DNA from: Ylistrum balloti
Lineage: Eukaryota
Length of the DNA stretch: 64,000 nt
Assembly (NCBI RefSeq): GCF_031769215.1
Contig: NW_026783211.1
Span: 1-64,000, forward strand
Reading direction: 5' to 3'
The translations under genes were made by a program, and so were the position numbers. Positions within the stretch are counted from its first letter, which is position 1. Each line of letters opens with the position of its first letter. This document shows, piece by piece, positions 24,200 through 40,283 of the stretch. Below the pieces are notes generated by a model. That model made no database searches. It was not told the DNA's origin and saw only the letters and a list, made by a program, of their open reading frames with translations.

Positions 24200-25426
24200 A
24201 TGGCTGGCCCAACCACAAACAAACCCGCCGTAGTTATACTGACCCCTAGGGATAAAAAACCACTACATGCGGGACGTGTTCGCGGGGACATATCCCAATA
24301 CACAGGGGTAACCAGTGACGTCAGGGACGTCAAGATGCTACCATCAGGTATCATATTAGTTCTCTGCGCCACAGCGATGTGCATAACAAAGGCGATGAAA
24401 ATCGCATGTATAGATGGTACACCATGTACAACACGGCTATCTAAACGGCCATATACAAACTCCCCACCTAGACGCAAACAAAAAATGACTCGCACAACAA
24501 CAAAGGGGGTCATCTATCGGATCCCCCTCAACACGTCATTAACATCATTAAACAAAATAAACAATGTCAAGACAGCCAGTAGGATGCACAACAAAGACAA
24601 ACAACCTACTACATCCATCCTACTGGAATTTCACTCAAACACTCTACCTAAAGAAATCAAATTTAACAAAATCACATATCCAGTAACAAAATTCAACGTA
24701 CCACGCAAACAACAAAAACCTACTACAAAGCATACAAAACCAAAATATTCCCAGTGCTCAACAACCCAAATCACCTACAACAAAACTACAACAAATCGAC
24801 TGTACTCGGCAGTCGTACAAAACAACACTCCGCAAAATAACACAAACAAACACACCAACACTACTACAACCATTAACTCACAAATAACACCTACACAACA
24901 CGGAGTATTAGTCACCACAGAGCTACTCGGCAATATTGTCCTGTTAGCACGTGATCAAACACTCACAGACAGACAAGCACTACAAAAAGTCAGGGCCCTA
25001 ATAAACAAACAAAACGGGTTCCCGGCACCTCAAGTCACACCCATAAATAAACTGACACAAACAACACCCACACAAACCTCACCAACACAGCCAAAACCAA
25101 CACAGTCCACACCAACAACATCACCTACACTTTTCTCAACACAAACAACACCCCAAACCTTAATAACAACCACACAAACCAAAAACACTCCTACACAACA
25201 AACAATACACCTTCTGGATAGTTCTGGAGAGTTAGACGACTCGTTTCTGTCCAAACCTCCCACACCTCGCTCTCCTACTGGATTGGGTAGACGTAGGACA
25301 CAAACAAACAATAAAACAACACCAAAAAACAAACAAACAACACCGACACGCCCTAACACCAGATCACGGGCAAAACACACCGCCAATCAGCCGAGACCTG
25401 GAAATAGCAAACGACAGCTTTACTAG
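24200..25426 (+). CDS. LINE ORF1 protein (408 aa), nucleic-acid binding/chaperone-like
   Basis: Position before ORF2; KGVIYRIP and TSILLEF..LPKEI motifs recall I/Nimb ORF1p; Thr/Gln/Pro-rich disordered and basic C-terminus. Confidence 0.8.
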   Translation: MAGPTTNKPAVVILTPRDKKPLHAGRVRGDISQYTGVTSDVRDVKMLPSGIILVLCATAMCITKAMKIACIDGTPCTTRLSKRPYTNSPPRRKQKMTRTTTKGVIYRIPLNTSLTSLNKINNVKTASRMHNKDKQPTTSILLEFHSNTLPKEIKFNKITYPVTKFNVPRKQQKPTTKHTKPKYSQCSTTQITYNKTTTNRLYSAVVQNNTPQNNTNKHTNTTTTINSQITPTQHGVLVTTELLGNIVLLARDQTLTDRQALQKVRALINKQNGFPAPQVTPINKLTQTTPTQTSPTQPKPTQSTPTTSPTLFSTQTTPQTLITTTQTKNTPTQQTIHLLDSSGELDDSFLSKPPTPRSPTGLGRRRTQTNNKTTPKNKQTTPTRPNTRSRAKHTANQPRPGNSKRQLY

Positions 25427-25506
25427 AGCCACAAGCAACATAAATTTAATATAAATACCCATTTTCTTTCGCGGGTATATTAAATGACCAGTCAGGCCTT
25501 ACTGTC

Positions 25507-28425
25507 ATGCATTGGAATGCAGGAGGCCTTAAGCCGAAAATTTCAGAATTAAAATCATTTCTGAACGAAAATGCTCCCGATATTTTATGTATTCAGGAAA
25601 CAATGCTTAAACCTAAACACAAAAGTTTCAAAATTAATGGTTACAATCCACCATTTAGGTACGATTCGGACCAAGGTTTGGCAATATATATAAAATGCGG
25701 AATTGCATACAAAGAGTATGAAATCAAAGACCAAGATATTGTGGCTCTAGGAATAGAACTACACAACAAAACAAACAAAACAGTCATACTCAATATATAC
25801 CTCTCCCCCAAAAAACCAATTCCATTTAATTCCCTGGTGAATCTGATAGAAAATATCGACACAGATAACATCATTGTAACCGGGGATTTTAATGGACATC
25901 ATACATTGTGGGGAAGTAACAAAAACAATTCCCGGGGAGAAACAATACACAAATGGGCAGATGAGACTGGTCTAACCATACTAAATGAGGGTAACCCTAC
26001 TAGAATAGATGTAGCACGGGGTATAGAATCCCATCTAGATATCACCCTAGCATCTCCAAACTTAGCTAGTAAATGTAGCTACTGGAACACCCTCGATAGC
26101 ACTCTAGGTTCCGACCATTACCCAATTTTGACACAGTTTGATTTTAAACCCCATGTCAATACAATTCAATACACACCACGATGGGTTTTTAATAAGGCCA
26201 ATTGGGACCAATTCAAAATTTTAGCAGAAACAATCCAACATGAGGAAATTTTCGATCAAGATGTTGACGTCTTTAATGCAAATTTAACTAGGGTTATTTT
26301 AGATATAGCGTCAACATCTATCCCTAAAACCTCAGGCAAACCCAAAACGAGGAAAAACAATCCATGGTGGAACGATGAGTGTAGGTTAGCCAAAAAACTC
26401 AAAAAGAATAGCGAAAGGAAATGGAGGGCAAATAAAAATAGTGAACTATTAAAAACAGAGTACACAAGATGCAAAACAAACTTCAATAACATCATTCAAA
26501 ACGCCAAAAACAATCATTGGCAAGAGTTTTGTACATCTTTAAATAACAAAACTAATTTGAAAAACGTTTGGTCAAAGGTCAAAGCTATACAGGGAATAAG
26601 TAGATCAGAAATCCCTATACTAGGTAAGAACAACATTACCGATAAGGAAAAGGCAGATACTCTAGCTAAACAATATCAAAAGGCTAGTAGTAATGATAAT
26701 TTGACCCCTGAATTCAAACTAAATAAAGTTCACAATCAAGTCACCATTGATAATGAAATCAAAGACCCAGGCCCTAACACCGGTGATCTCAACTGCCCAT
26801 TCACAATCACAGAATACAAACAAGCACTACAGAACAAGAGAAACACGTCCCCGGGCGATGATAATATTTCATACAACATACTCAAACACTGTCCGGACAA
26901 CATCACAGACATCATACTCCTTTTTTACAACCACATATGGGACACAGGTATAATACCTGAATCTTGGAAAAATGCCATTGTTATACCTATACTAAAACCA
27001 GGTAAAAATCCACAAGAACCTGCATCATATAGGCCCATAGCTCTAACCTCACACCTGTGTAAGGTCATGGAAACTATGGTAAACAATAGGCTAGTACACT
27101 CATTAGAAAGATCAGGTATCATAAACGAGGAACAGAGCGGATTCCGTAAGGGTAGATCGACATTAGACCCACTACTACGACTCACTTCAGAGATAAAAAA
27201 AAGGTTTTAACCTCAAACAAAACACTCTAGCTGTCTTCTTAGATCTGGAAAAAGCTTATGATCTCATTTGGCATGACGGACTTCTGGTCTCACTAAAAAA
27301 ATTCGGCATAACTGGTAACATCTTCAAATTCGTCAACAGTTTCCTTAAAAACCGTAAAATTCAAGTTAGGATCCATAACACTCTTTCGGATCAACTTGAA
27401 CTAGACAACGGTGTAGCACAAGGCAGCGTTATTTCTCCAACACTCTTTAATATTTACATCAACACACTGTCAGATACGCTAAACAACAACACCAAGTTAG
27501 CGCAATTTGCAGATGATGGGTGTATCTGGAGTACAGGAAAAAACATTAGATATCTAACCAAACATATCCAAAAAAATCTTACAGCAATTAATGAGTGGGC
27601 CAATAAGTGGGGTTTTAAACCATCTAAACAAAAAACTGTAGCAATGTATTTCTCTAGAAGTAGAACACTACCAGAACTATACCTAGGCCAGACCAAATTA
27701 AAATTTGAAAAACAAGTTAGGTATTTAGGCATGATAATCGATCACAAACTCACATGGAGTAAACATATTCAATATGTAAAGGAATCATGCCAAAAGGCAA
27801 TTAACACCATGAGGTATATTTCTGGTTGTAAATTTGGCGCCAATAAAACAACTCAATTAATGTTATATAAGGCCTTAGTTAGATCAAGGTTAGATTACGG
27901 GTGCCAGGTATATAATATAGCTAGTGACACAGTATTAAAACATCTAGATGTAATACAACACACAGCCTTAAGGGTAGCGCTAAGGGCCATCAAAAACACC
28001 AACAGCAATAGTTTACTAGCAGAGGCCGGCGAAACAACATTAACACTTAGGCGAGAAAACCTTACTCTAAAATACTGGGCTAGAACCCAAAATCATGGGG
28101 ATAGGTTCTTACTAAACAAAGCAATACAAAATAGTGAAATACCTGTTACCAACATCAGGGCTCCCTATCCTTCAGAAATACTTAGATTAAAACAGAAATA
28201 TGGTTTAGAAGGTGTCAAGATCTCCCGCAAACAAGATTTCCAAGTCCCGTGGTTAAAAACATCACCAAACGTATCGCTATTACTGCATAAGACGTTAGAT
28301 AAACACCACGACCCGATAGGCGCAAAACACCTAGCATTAGAGTTGATAGATAAGAAATATTTCAACTTCGTTAAATTTTATACCGATGGCTCTAAAAATC
28401 CAACCAATGATAGAGTAGGGATAGG

Positions 28426-28437
<12 letters not shown>
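25507..28437 (+). pseudogene. LINE ORF2 (APE endonuclease, RT, RNase H N-half), copy 2; +1 frameshift in A8 at 27195-27202, truncated at the junction
   Basis: Complete APE (HWN, QET, NIY, GDFNGHH, HLDITL, SDHYPI); RT continues in the next frame after the A8 run (A7 in copy 1); YTDGS RNase H motif at about 28381. Confidence 0.9.
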
Positions 28438-29058
<621 letters not shown>

Positions 29059-30044
29059 ACGGCCTTTCTGGAGCTTCACACCAAAAACAAACGGCCCTTT
29101 TCAGGGCCACCCACTTTTCTCGAGAAGTGCCTGTTTGATAGCACTCGAAAACTTACGCATGCTTTATAATCTAATCACATATCAAATCAAATCAAAAAAA
29201 AGAAATCAGACACGCCTTACACTTCGAGGTGCACTATAACACTGTTGATAACAAAAAATTAATAATTGTACATGTCTAAATCATTCCACACTGCACCGTA
29301 TGAAATATACACTGTCCTAATCACAGCTTTGTTGTTGTTAATATTATTATTAATAATATTATAATTATCACCATCATCATAAGTGCTAGTAGTTGTTGTT
29401 GTAGTAGTAGCAGAAGTACACTTATTGTTATTAGTATTATTATTGTTATTATTTTTACCACACACATATAGATGTATACACAGTGGGTTGGAAGAATGAG
29501 AGATAACAAACACAGCGGAGAGGTCACTTATCGTGTTTATGTAAGACGTTACACAAAAAACAAGTAAACAAAAGAAACAAAGCACAGTAATTGGAAGTAT
29601 TTCAGATTTTGAGCCATGTCAATGCAATGTGGAGAGAGAGTACATATGTAAATAACCGTTGCACACGTTTAACTTCATATCTTGTTGTACACGTGTGTGT
29701 TTACCGTTATATTTGTTGTGTTTGTTTGCTGAAATGAAATGTCGAACTGTAATGTTAATTACGACACTAAATGCGTAATTATGTACAGACTGTCACCCTA
29801 TGCATTTTATAGATATTGTCAATGATGAGTTGTAATCAAGTTCTTTACAATTGATCGAGGAAATGACATGTTTTCTTGACACGGTTTCAAGACAACCTAG
29901 GTAGGATTGAAACTTGGCGGAATGTACATGCCTGACGGCCAGTCGACGACCGTCTGAACGAACCAATCAAAATTGACTTGACACATTACACTACCCAATC
30001 GCGACCATCGTCTGTAGCGTAGCGGGGAGGACAAAAATAGGTGA

Positions 30045-30509
<465 letters not shown>

Positions 30510-30540
30510 GCTGTACACTTTGTAGCCCACATACCAAAAC

Positions 30541-30556
30541 GGCCCTTTTCAGGGCC
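30541..30556 (+). other. Histone 3' stem-loop of H3 (GGCCCTTTTCAGGGCC)
   Basis: Canonical SLBP stem-loop; also at 35398, 40315, 45235, 50152, 55091, 60019. Confidence 0.95.
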
Positions 30557-31241
30557 ACCACATCTCACAAAAAGTGCCATTAATTGCTCGATAATACGCA
30601 ATTTGAATTGTTAATAGACATGATTATGAAATGATTATTACGGTGGTGTTTTTAGCAAGCATGAAATAAATGCTTGAATAGATAGGATTGTGGTAATAAA
30701 ATGAGATGATTATTTGAAATGGTAGGGTATGTTTTTCAAGGTTTGGCTATTGAGTGTTAATTTGGTGTTGTTTGTTGGTTTTTGTAATTGGTGTTGCTTG
30801 TTTTAGAATGTATTTAATGTTTGTAATTGTGTGTTTTGTTGTTTTTGTTTGTTTTGGTTATTTTGAGTTTTTTGTTTTGTTTTTTTTTGTGGTTGTGTTT
30901 AATGTTTAAAAAAAAAAGGGTTAGGTTTAAAAAAAAAAAAAAAAAAACCCAAAAAAAAGATTTGATTTGCATATCCCGCCGAGCGGAGCGAGGCGAAAAT
31001 TTTTTGGGGGTGATTTTTTTTTTCTCGGAGTGTTATTTTTTTGGGGATGTGTATATATAATATATATTAAATTGGGTGGGTCGCGTGCTTTGGGTACTGG
31101 AGATCGTAATGAATTTTGGATGTATTCATGTTATGCATGATATTATACACAATTATTTACTTGGCTAATTCAATATAATAATGATAACAACAATAACAAT
31201 AATAATAAGAAGAATAAGAATAAGAAACATAACAAAAACAA

Positions 31242-31273
31242 TAGGTCTTTTCACCATGTGGTGAAAAGACCTA
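31242..31273. repeat. 15-bp-stem palindrome preceded by an (AAT/AAC/AAG)n microsatellite; possible end of a HINE/pearl-like non-autonomous Helentron relic
   Basis: TAGGTCTTTTCACCA-TG-TGGTGAAAAGACCTA in every H3-H4 spacer (e.g. 36159-36190); family assignment is from memory of bivalve repeats. Confidence 0.45.
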
Positions 31274-31464
31274 ATAATATACACTATGATGCTTTATTTG
31301 TTGACGGTAAGTATCGGTTTACAGCGTTAAATTCATCCTCATTTGATTATTGATTAACAATGTTTTGGGACATGATATATGTATGCACTTTATTCACAAA
31401 TACTGTTAAGTACACACTGCTTTATCCCGTACAACACGGCTAAGGAGAGTGTAGTTATTTTCGA

Positions 31465-31528
31465 CCAATGAAAACCGCGCTTATAAAAGCGGAGAGGTCT
31501 TCTCACACGGCCTCCAGATTTGTATATA
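31465..31528 (+). promoter_or_regulatory. H4 promoter: CCAAT (31465), TATAAAA (31482), TATATA (31523)
   Basis: Motifs seen upstream of ATG 31585 in every unit. Confidence 0.6.
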
Positions 31529-31572
31529 GCATGGGTGATCTGCGCTACCGGTTCATTTTCAGTCACTGCTAG

Positions 31573-31896
<324 letters not shown>

Positions 31897-31931
31897 ACAC
31901 TGACTACCTAGAACAGCCAACCAACTCAAAC

Positions 31932-31947
31932 GGCCCTTTTTAGGGCC
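31932..31947 (+). other. Histone 3' stem-loop of H4 (GGCCCTTTTTAGGGCC)
   Basis: Also at 36849, 41766, 46687, 51625, 56544, 61487. Confidence 0.95.
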
Positions 31948-32854
31948 ACCAAAATACCCAAAAAGTATTTGTATAACGCCTCGAATACATACGCCACTCA
32001 TTTCTATTTACAGAACAAGTAAGACTTACCTAGGTTTCATTTGCATGCAAACCCGCTGATTCCTGTTGTTCATTATCATTCATAAAGGAACAATAGTATA
32101 CTGAGAAACGTTCAACGAAACAGAATGTCAATAATACAATACCTAACGTACTTTCCTTCTCTTCACTGTAGTACGTTTGCATTGTTATGAAATGACACTT
32201 ACAACGGTCCCCCATAAGCAAATAAATACAACAGAAAACAAATACTTACCAAACTATCAATTTCATTTTATTTTCTTTCCTTTCCATTCCATAATCATAT
32301 CTATTCAGATTCAATTCGATTCAGTTGATATGTACATATTTTGGCTGTGTTTTATCATTGAAATAAAACACGGCCTAATTCTTATAAACTTATGCACACT
32401 TCTCCATAAATACACAGAACATGGGTTGATCTTACATCGTTGCAATTAATACATGAAAACAAAGATAATCAATCCATACACTATTCCGTTATTGAGCTAT
32501 AGTACATGCATTGGTAGGTTTGAAATAAGGTTATACCAAAGTATTATGATATCAAACACACATGCACATGGAACCATGTTACAAGGTGGTATTATTTCGT
32601 CTTTACTTTAATCTAAATGTAAATCAATCAACACTAACTTACCAACAACTCCACATGATATTTGGACGGATATGTTTTCATATATTTCATTGCTACATGA
32701 TGATTATATTTCTCATTCGTTTCCTTACTATAGCAGTTCTCTTTTACATATTACAAACAAATCACACGACGACACACACTGAAGCAAGTCAAGTCTTACG
32801 CAGACAAAGCGTATAATTTTCGAGAGATCACAGGGCTTTTTGAGGAATGTGGGT

Positions 32855-32870
32855 GGCCCTGAAAAGGGCC
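32855..32870 (-). other. Histone 3' stem-loop of H2B
   Basis: Reverse complement is GGCCCTTTTCAGGGCC; also at 37772, 42689, 47610, 52548, 57467, 62411. Confidence 0.95.
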
Positions 32871-32907
32871 GTTTGGTTGGTTTGTTGTAGTAAACTTTGC
32901 TACAAGT

Positions 32908-33282
32908 TTACTTGGAACTGGTGTACTTGGTGACAGCCTTGGTGCCTTCGCTGACGGCGTGCTTAGCCAATTCACCGGGGAGAAGGAGACGGACAGCAGT
33001 CTGGATTTCCCGACTAGTGATGGTGGACCTCTTGTTGTAGTGGGCCAGACGGGAAGCCTCAGCGGCGATTCTCTCGAAGATGTCGTTGACAAAGCTGTTC
33101 ATGATGGACATGGCTTTGCTGGACACTCCGGTGTCGGGGTGCACCTGTTTCAACACCTTGTAGATGTAGATGCTGTAGGATTCCCTCCTCTTCCTCCTCC
33201 TTTTCTTGTCAGTTCCACGACTGGCCTTTGCCTTAGTGGCGGCCTTCTTTGCTCCTTTCGAACCTACTTGTTTAGGGCCCAT
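32908..33282 (-). CDS. H2B: Histone H2B (124 aa)
   Basis: [31 protein letters not shown]. Confidence 0.98.
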   Translation of the reverse strand: MGPKQVGSKGAKKAATKAKASRGTDKKRRRKRRESYSIYIYKVLKQVHPDTGVSSKAMSIMNSFVNDIFERIAAEASRLAHYNKRSTITSREIQTAVRLLLPGELAKHAVSEGTKAVTKYTSSK

Positions 33283-33915
<633 letters not shown>

Positions 33916-33949
33916 ACGGCCTTTCTGGAGCTTCACACCAAAAACAAAC

Positions 33950-33965
33950 GGCCCTTTTCAGGGCC
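33950..33965 (+). other. Histone 3' stem-loop of H2A (GGCCCTTTTCAGGGCC)
   Basis: Also at 29093, 38867, 43789, 48705, 53643, 58562, 63512. Confidence 0.95.
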
Positions 33966-34901
33966 ACCCACTTTTCTCGAGAAGTGCCTGTTTGATAGCA
34001 CTCGAAAACTTACGCATGCTTTATAATCTAATCACATATCAAATCAAATCAAAAAAAAGAAATCAGACACGCCTTACACTTCGAGGTGCACTATAACACT
34101 GTTGATAACAAAAAATTAATAATTGTACATGTCTAAATCATTCCACACTGCACCGTATGAAATATACACTGTCCTAATCACAGCTTTGTTGTTGTTAATA
34201 TTATTATTAATAATATTATAATTATCACCATCATCATAAGTGCTAGTAGTTGTTGTTGTAGTAGTAGCAGAAGTACACTTATTGTTATTAGTATTATTAT
34301 TGTTATTATTTTTACCACACATATATAGATGTATACACAGTGGGTTGGAAGAATGAGAGATAACAAACACAGCGGAGAGGTCACTTATCGTGTTTATGTA
34401 AGACGTTACACAAAAAACAAGTAAACAAAAGAAACAAAGCACAGTAATTGGAAGTATTTCAGATTTTGAGCCATGTCAATGCAATGTGGAGAGAGAGTAC
34501 ATATGTAAATAACCGTTGCACACGTTTAACTTCATATCTTGTTGTACACGTGTGTGTTTACCGTTATATTTGTTGTGTTTGTTTGCTGAAATGAAATGTC
34601 GAACTGTAATGTTAATTACGACACTAAATGCGTAATTATGTACAGACTGTCACCCTATGCATTTTATAGATATTGTCAATGATGAGTTGTAATCAAGTTC
34701 TTTACAATTGATCGAGGAAATGACATGTTTTCTTGACACGGTTTCAAGACAACCTAGGTAGGATTGAAACTTGGCGGAATGTACATGCCTGACGGCCAGT
34801 CGACGACCGTCTGAACGAACCAATCAAAATTGACTTGACACATTACACTACCCAATCGCGACCATCGTCTGTAGCGTAGCGGGGAGGACAAAAATAGGTG
34901 A

Positions 34902-35366
<465 letters not shown>

Positions 35367-36489
35367 GCTGTACACTTTGTAGCCCACATACCAAAACGGC
35401 CCTTTTCAGGGCCACCACATCTCACAAAAAGTGCCATTAATTGCTCGATAATACGCAATTTGAATTGTTAATAGACATGATTATGAAATGATTATTACGG
35501 TGGTGTTTTTAGCAAGCATGAAATAAATGCTTGAATAGATAGGATTGTGGTAATAAAATGAGATGATTATTTGAAATGGTAGGGTATGTTTTTCAAGGTT
35601 TGGCTATTGAGTGTTAATTTGGTGTTGTTTGTTGGTTTTTGTAATTGGTGTTGCTTGTTTTAGAATGTATTTAATGTTTGTAATTGTGTGTTTTGTTGTT
35701 TTTGTTTGTTTTGGTTATTTTGAGTTTTTTGTTTTGTTTTTTTTTGTGGTTGTGTTTAATGTTTAAAAAAAAAAGGGTTAGGTTTAAAAAAAAAAAAAAA
35801 AACCCAAAAAAAAGTAATAAAAAAAAAAAGGGGGTGGGTAGGTGTTGTGGTTTTGGTTTGTTTTGTTGTTGTTTTGATTTGATTTGCATATCCCGCCGAG
35901 CGGAGCGAGGCGAAAATTTTTTGGGGGTGATTTTTTTTTTCTCGGAGTGTTATTTTTTTGGGGATGTGTATATATAATATATATTAAATTGGGTGGGTCG
36001 CGTGCTTTGGGTACTGGAGATCGTAATGAATTTTGGATGTATTCATGTTATGCATGATATTATACACAATTATTTACTTGGCTAATTCAATATAATAATG
36101 ATAACAACAATAACAATAATAATAAGAAGAATAAGAATAAGAAACATAACAAAAACAATAGGTCTTTTCACCATGTGGTGAAAAGACCTAATAATATACA
36201 CTATGATGCTTTATTTGTTGACGGTAAGTATCGGTTTACAGCGTTAAATTCATCCTCATTTGATTATTGATTAACAATGTTTTGGGACATGATATATGTA
36301 TGCACTTTATTCACAAATACTGTTAAGTACACACTGCTTTATCCCGTACAACACGGCTAAGGAGAGTGTAGTTATTTTCGACCAATGAAAACCGCGCTTA
36401 TAAAAGCGGAGAGGTCTTCTCACACGGCCTCCAGATTTGTATATAGCATGGGTGATCTGCGCTACCGGTTCATTTTCAGTCACTGCTAG

Positions 36490-36813
<324 letters not shown>

Positions 36814-37824
36814 ACACTGACTACCTAGAACAGCCAACCAACTCAAACGGCCCTTTTTAGGGCCACCAAAATACCCAAAAAGTATTTGTATAACGCCTCG
36901 AATACATACGCCACTCATTTCTATTTACAGAACAAGTAAGACTTACCTAGGTTTCATTTGCATGCAAACCCGCTGATTCCTGTTGTTCATTATCATTCAT
37001 AAAGGAACAATAGTATACTGAGAAACGTTCAACGAAACAGAATGTCAATAATACAATACCTAACGTACTTTCCTTCTCTTCACTGTAGTACGTTTGCATT
37101 GTTATGAAATGACACTTACAACGGTCCCCCATAAGCAAATAAATACAACAGAAAACAAATACTTACCAAACTATCAATTTCATTTTATTTTCTTTCCTTT
37201 CCATTCCATAATCATATCTATTCAGATTCAATTCGATTCAGTTGATATGTACATATTTTGGCTGTGTTTTATCATTGAAATAAAACACGGCCTAATTCTT
37301 ATAAACTTATGCACACTTCTCCATAAATACACAGAACATGGGTTGATCTTACATCGTTGCAATTAATACATGAAAACAAAGATAATCAATCCATACACTA
37401 TTCCGTTATTGAGCTATAGTACATGCATTGGTAGGTTTGAAATAAGGTTATACCAAAGTATTATGATATCAAACACACATGCACATGGAACCATGTTACA
37501 AGGTGGTATTATTTCGTCTTTACTTTAATCTAAATGTAAATCAATCAACACTAACTTACCAACAACTCCACATGATATTTGGACGGATATGTTTTCATAT
37601 ATTTCATTGCTACATGATGATTATATTTCTCATTCGTTTCCTTACTATAGCAGTTCTCTTTTACATATTACAAACAAATCACACGACGACACACACTGAA
37701 GCAAGTCAAGTCTTACGCAGACAAAGCGTATAATTTTCGAGAGATCACAGGGCTTTTTGAGGAATGTGGGTGGCCCTGAAAAGGGCCGTTTGGTTGGTTT
37801 GTTGTAGTAAACTTTGCTACAAGT

Positions 37825-38199
37825 TTACTTGGAACTGGTGTACTTGGTGACAGCCTTGGTGCCTTCGCTGACGGCGTGCTTAGCCAATTCACCGGGGAGA
37901 AGGAGACGGACAGCAGTCTGGATTTCCCGACTAGTGATGGTGGACCTCTTGTTGTAGTGGGCCAGACGGGAAGCCTCAGCGGCGATTCTCTCGAAGATGT
38001 CGTTGACAAAGCTGTTCATGATGGACATGGCTTTGCTGGACACTCCGGTGTCGGGGTGCACCTGTTTCAACACCTTGTAGATGTAGATGCTGTAGGATTC
38101 CCTCCTCTTCCTCCTCCTTTTCTTGTCAGTTCCACGACTGGCCTTTGCCTTAGTGGCGGCCTTCTTTGCTCCTTTCGAACCTACTTGTTTAGGGCCCAT
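37825..38199 (-). CDS. H2B: Histone H2B
   Basis: Protein identical to 32908-33282. Confidence 0.98.
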   Translation of the reverse strand: MGPKQVGSKGAKKAATKAKASRGTDKKRRRKRRESYSIYIYKVLKQVHPDTGVSSKAMSIMNSFVNDIFERIAAEASRLAHYNKRSTITSREIQTAVRLLLPGELAKHAVSEGTKAVTKYTSSK

Positions 38200-38436
38200 G
38201 TTGCTAGTACGACGAGTGCCGATACGAATAACACACAGCCCGCCACAAACCCCTCTTATATACCATCGCCCTCTCAGGTAGGATCGAGTCTTGTAATGCC
38301 CAAATCACTCGAACCTTACACGCTCACTGAAAACACCCCCTACTTTACGCTCGTTGCAATTTCGATCCTACCTTGGGGTATATAACGCTTCATGATGTGG
38401 CCGACCTCTCATTCTGCTTAACACTGTTGACAGTAA

Positions 38437-38832
<396 letters not shown>

Positions 38833-39818
38833 ACGGCCTTTCTGGAGCTTCACACCAAAAACAAACGGCCCTTTTCAGGGCCACCCACTTTTCTCGAGAA
38901 GTGCCTGTTTGATAGCACTCGAAAACTTACGCATGCTTTATAATCTAATCACATATCAAATCAAATCAAAAAAAAGAAATCAGACACGCCTTACACTTCG
39001 AGGTGCACTATAACACTGTTGATAACAAAAAATTAATAATTGTACATGTCTAAATCATTCCACACTGCACCGTATGAAATATACACTGTCCTAATCACAG
39101 CTTTGTTGTTGTTAATATTATTATTAATAATATTATAATTATCACCATCATCATAAGTGCTAGTAGTTGTTGTTGTAGTAGTAGCAGAAGTACACTTATT
39201 GTTATTAGTATTATTATTGTTATTATTTTTACCACACATATATAGATGTATACACAGTGGGTTGGAAGAATGAGAGATAACAAACACAGCGGAGAGGTCA
39301 CTTATCGTGTTTATGTAAGACGTTACACAAAAAACAAGTAAACAAAAGAAACAAAGCACAGTAATTGGAAGTATTTCAGATTTTGAGCCATGTCAATGCA
39401 ATGTGGAGAGAGAGTACATATGTAAATAACCGTTGCACACGTTTAACTTCATATCTTGTTGTACACGTGTGTGTTTACCGTTATATTTGTTGTGTTTGTT
39501 TGCTGAAATGAAATGTCGAACTGTAATGTTAATTACGACACTAAATGCGTAATTATGTACAGACTGTCACCCTATGCATTTTATAGATATTGTCAATGAT
39601 GAGTTGTAATCAAGTTCTTTACAATTGATCGAGGAAATGACATGTTTTCTTGACACGGTTTCAAGACAACCTAGGTAGGATTGAAACTTGGCGGAATGTA
39701 CATGCCTGACGGCCAGTCGACGACCGTCTGAACGAACCAATCAAAATTGACTTGACACATTACACTACCCAATCGCGACCATCGTCTGTAGCGTAGCGGG
39801 GAGGACAAAAATAGGTGA

Positions 39819-40283
<465 letters not shown>

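Noticed and set aside
30655-30705. AATAAA signals downstream of H3 (and of H4 near 32220) as evidence of dual stem-loop/poly-A processing
   Set aside because: AATAAA is expected by chance in these AT-rich spacers; needs 3'-end sequencing
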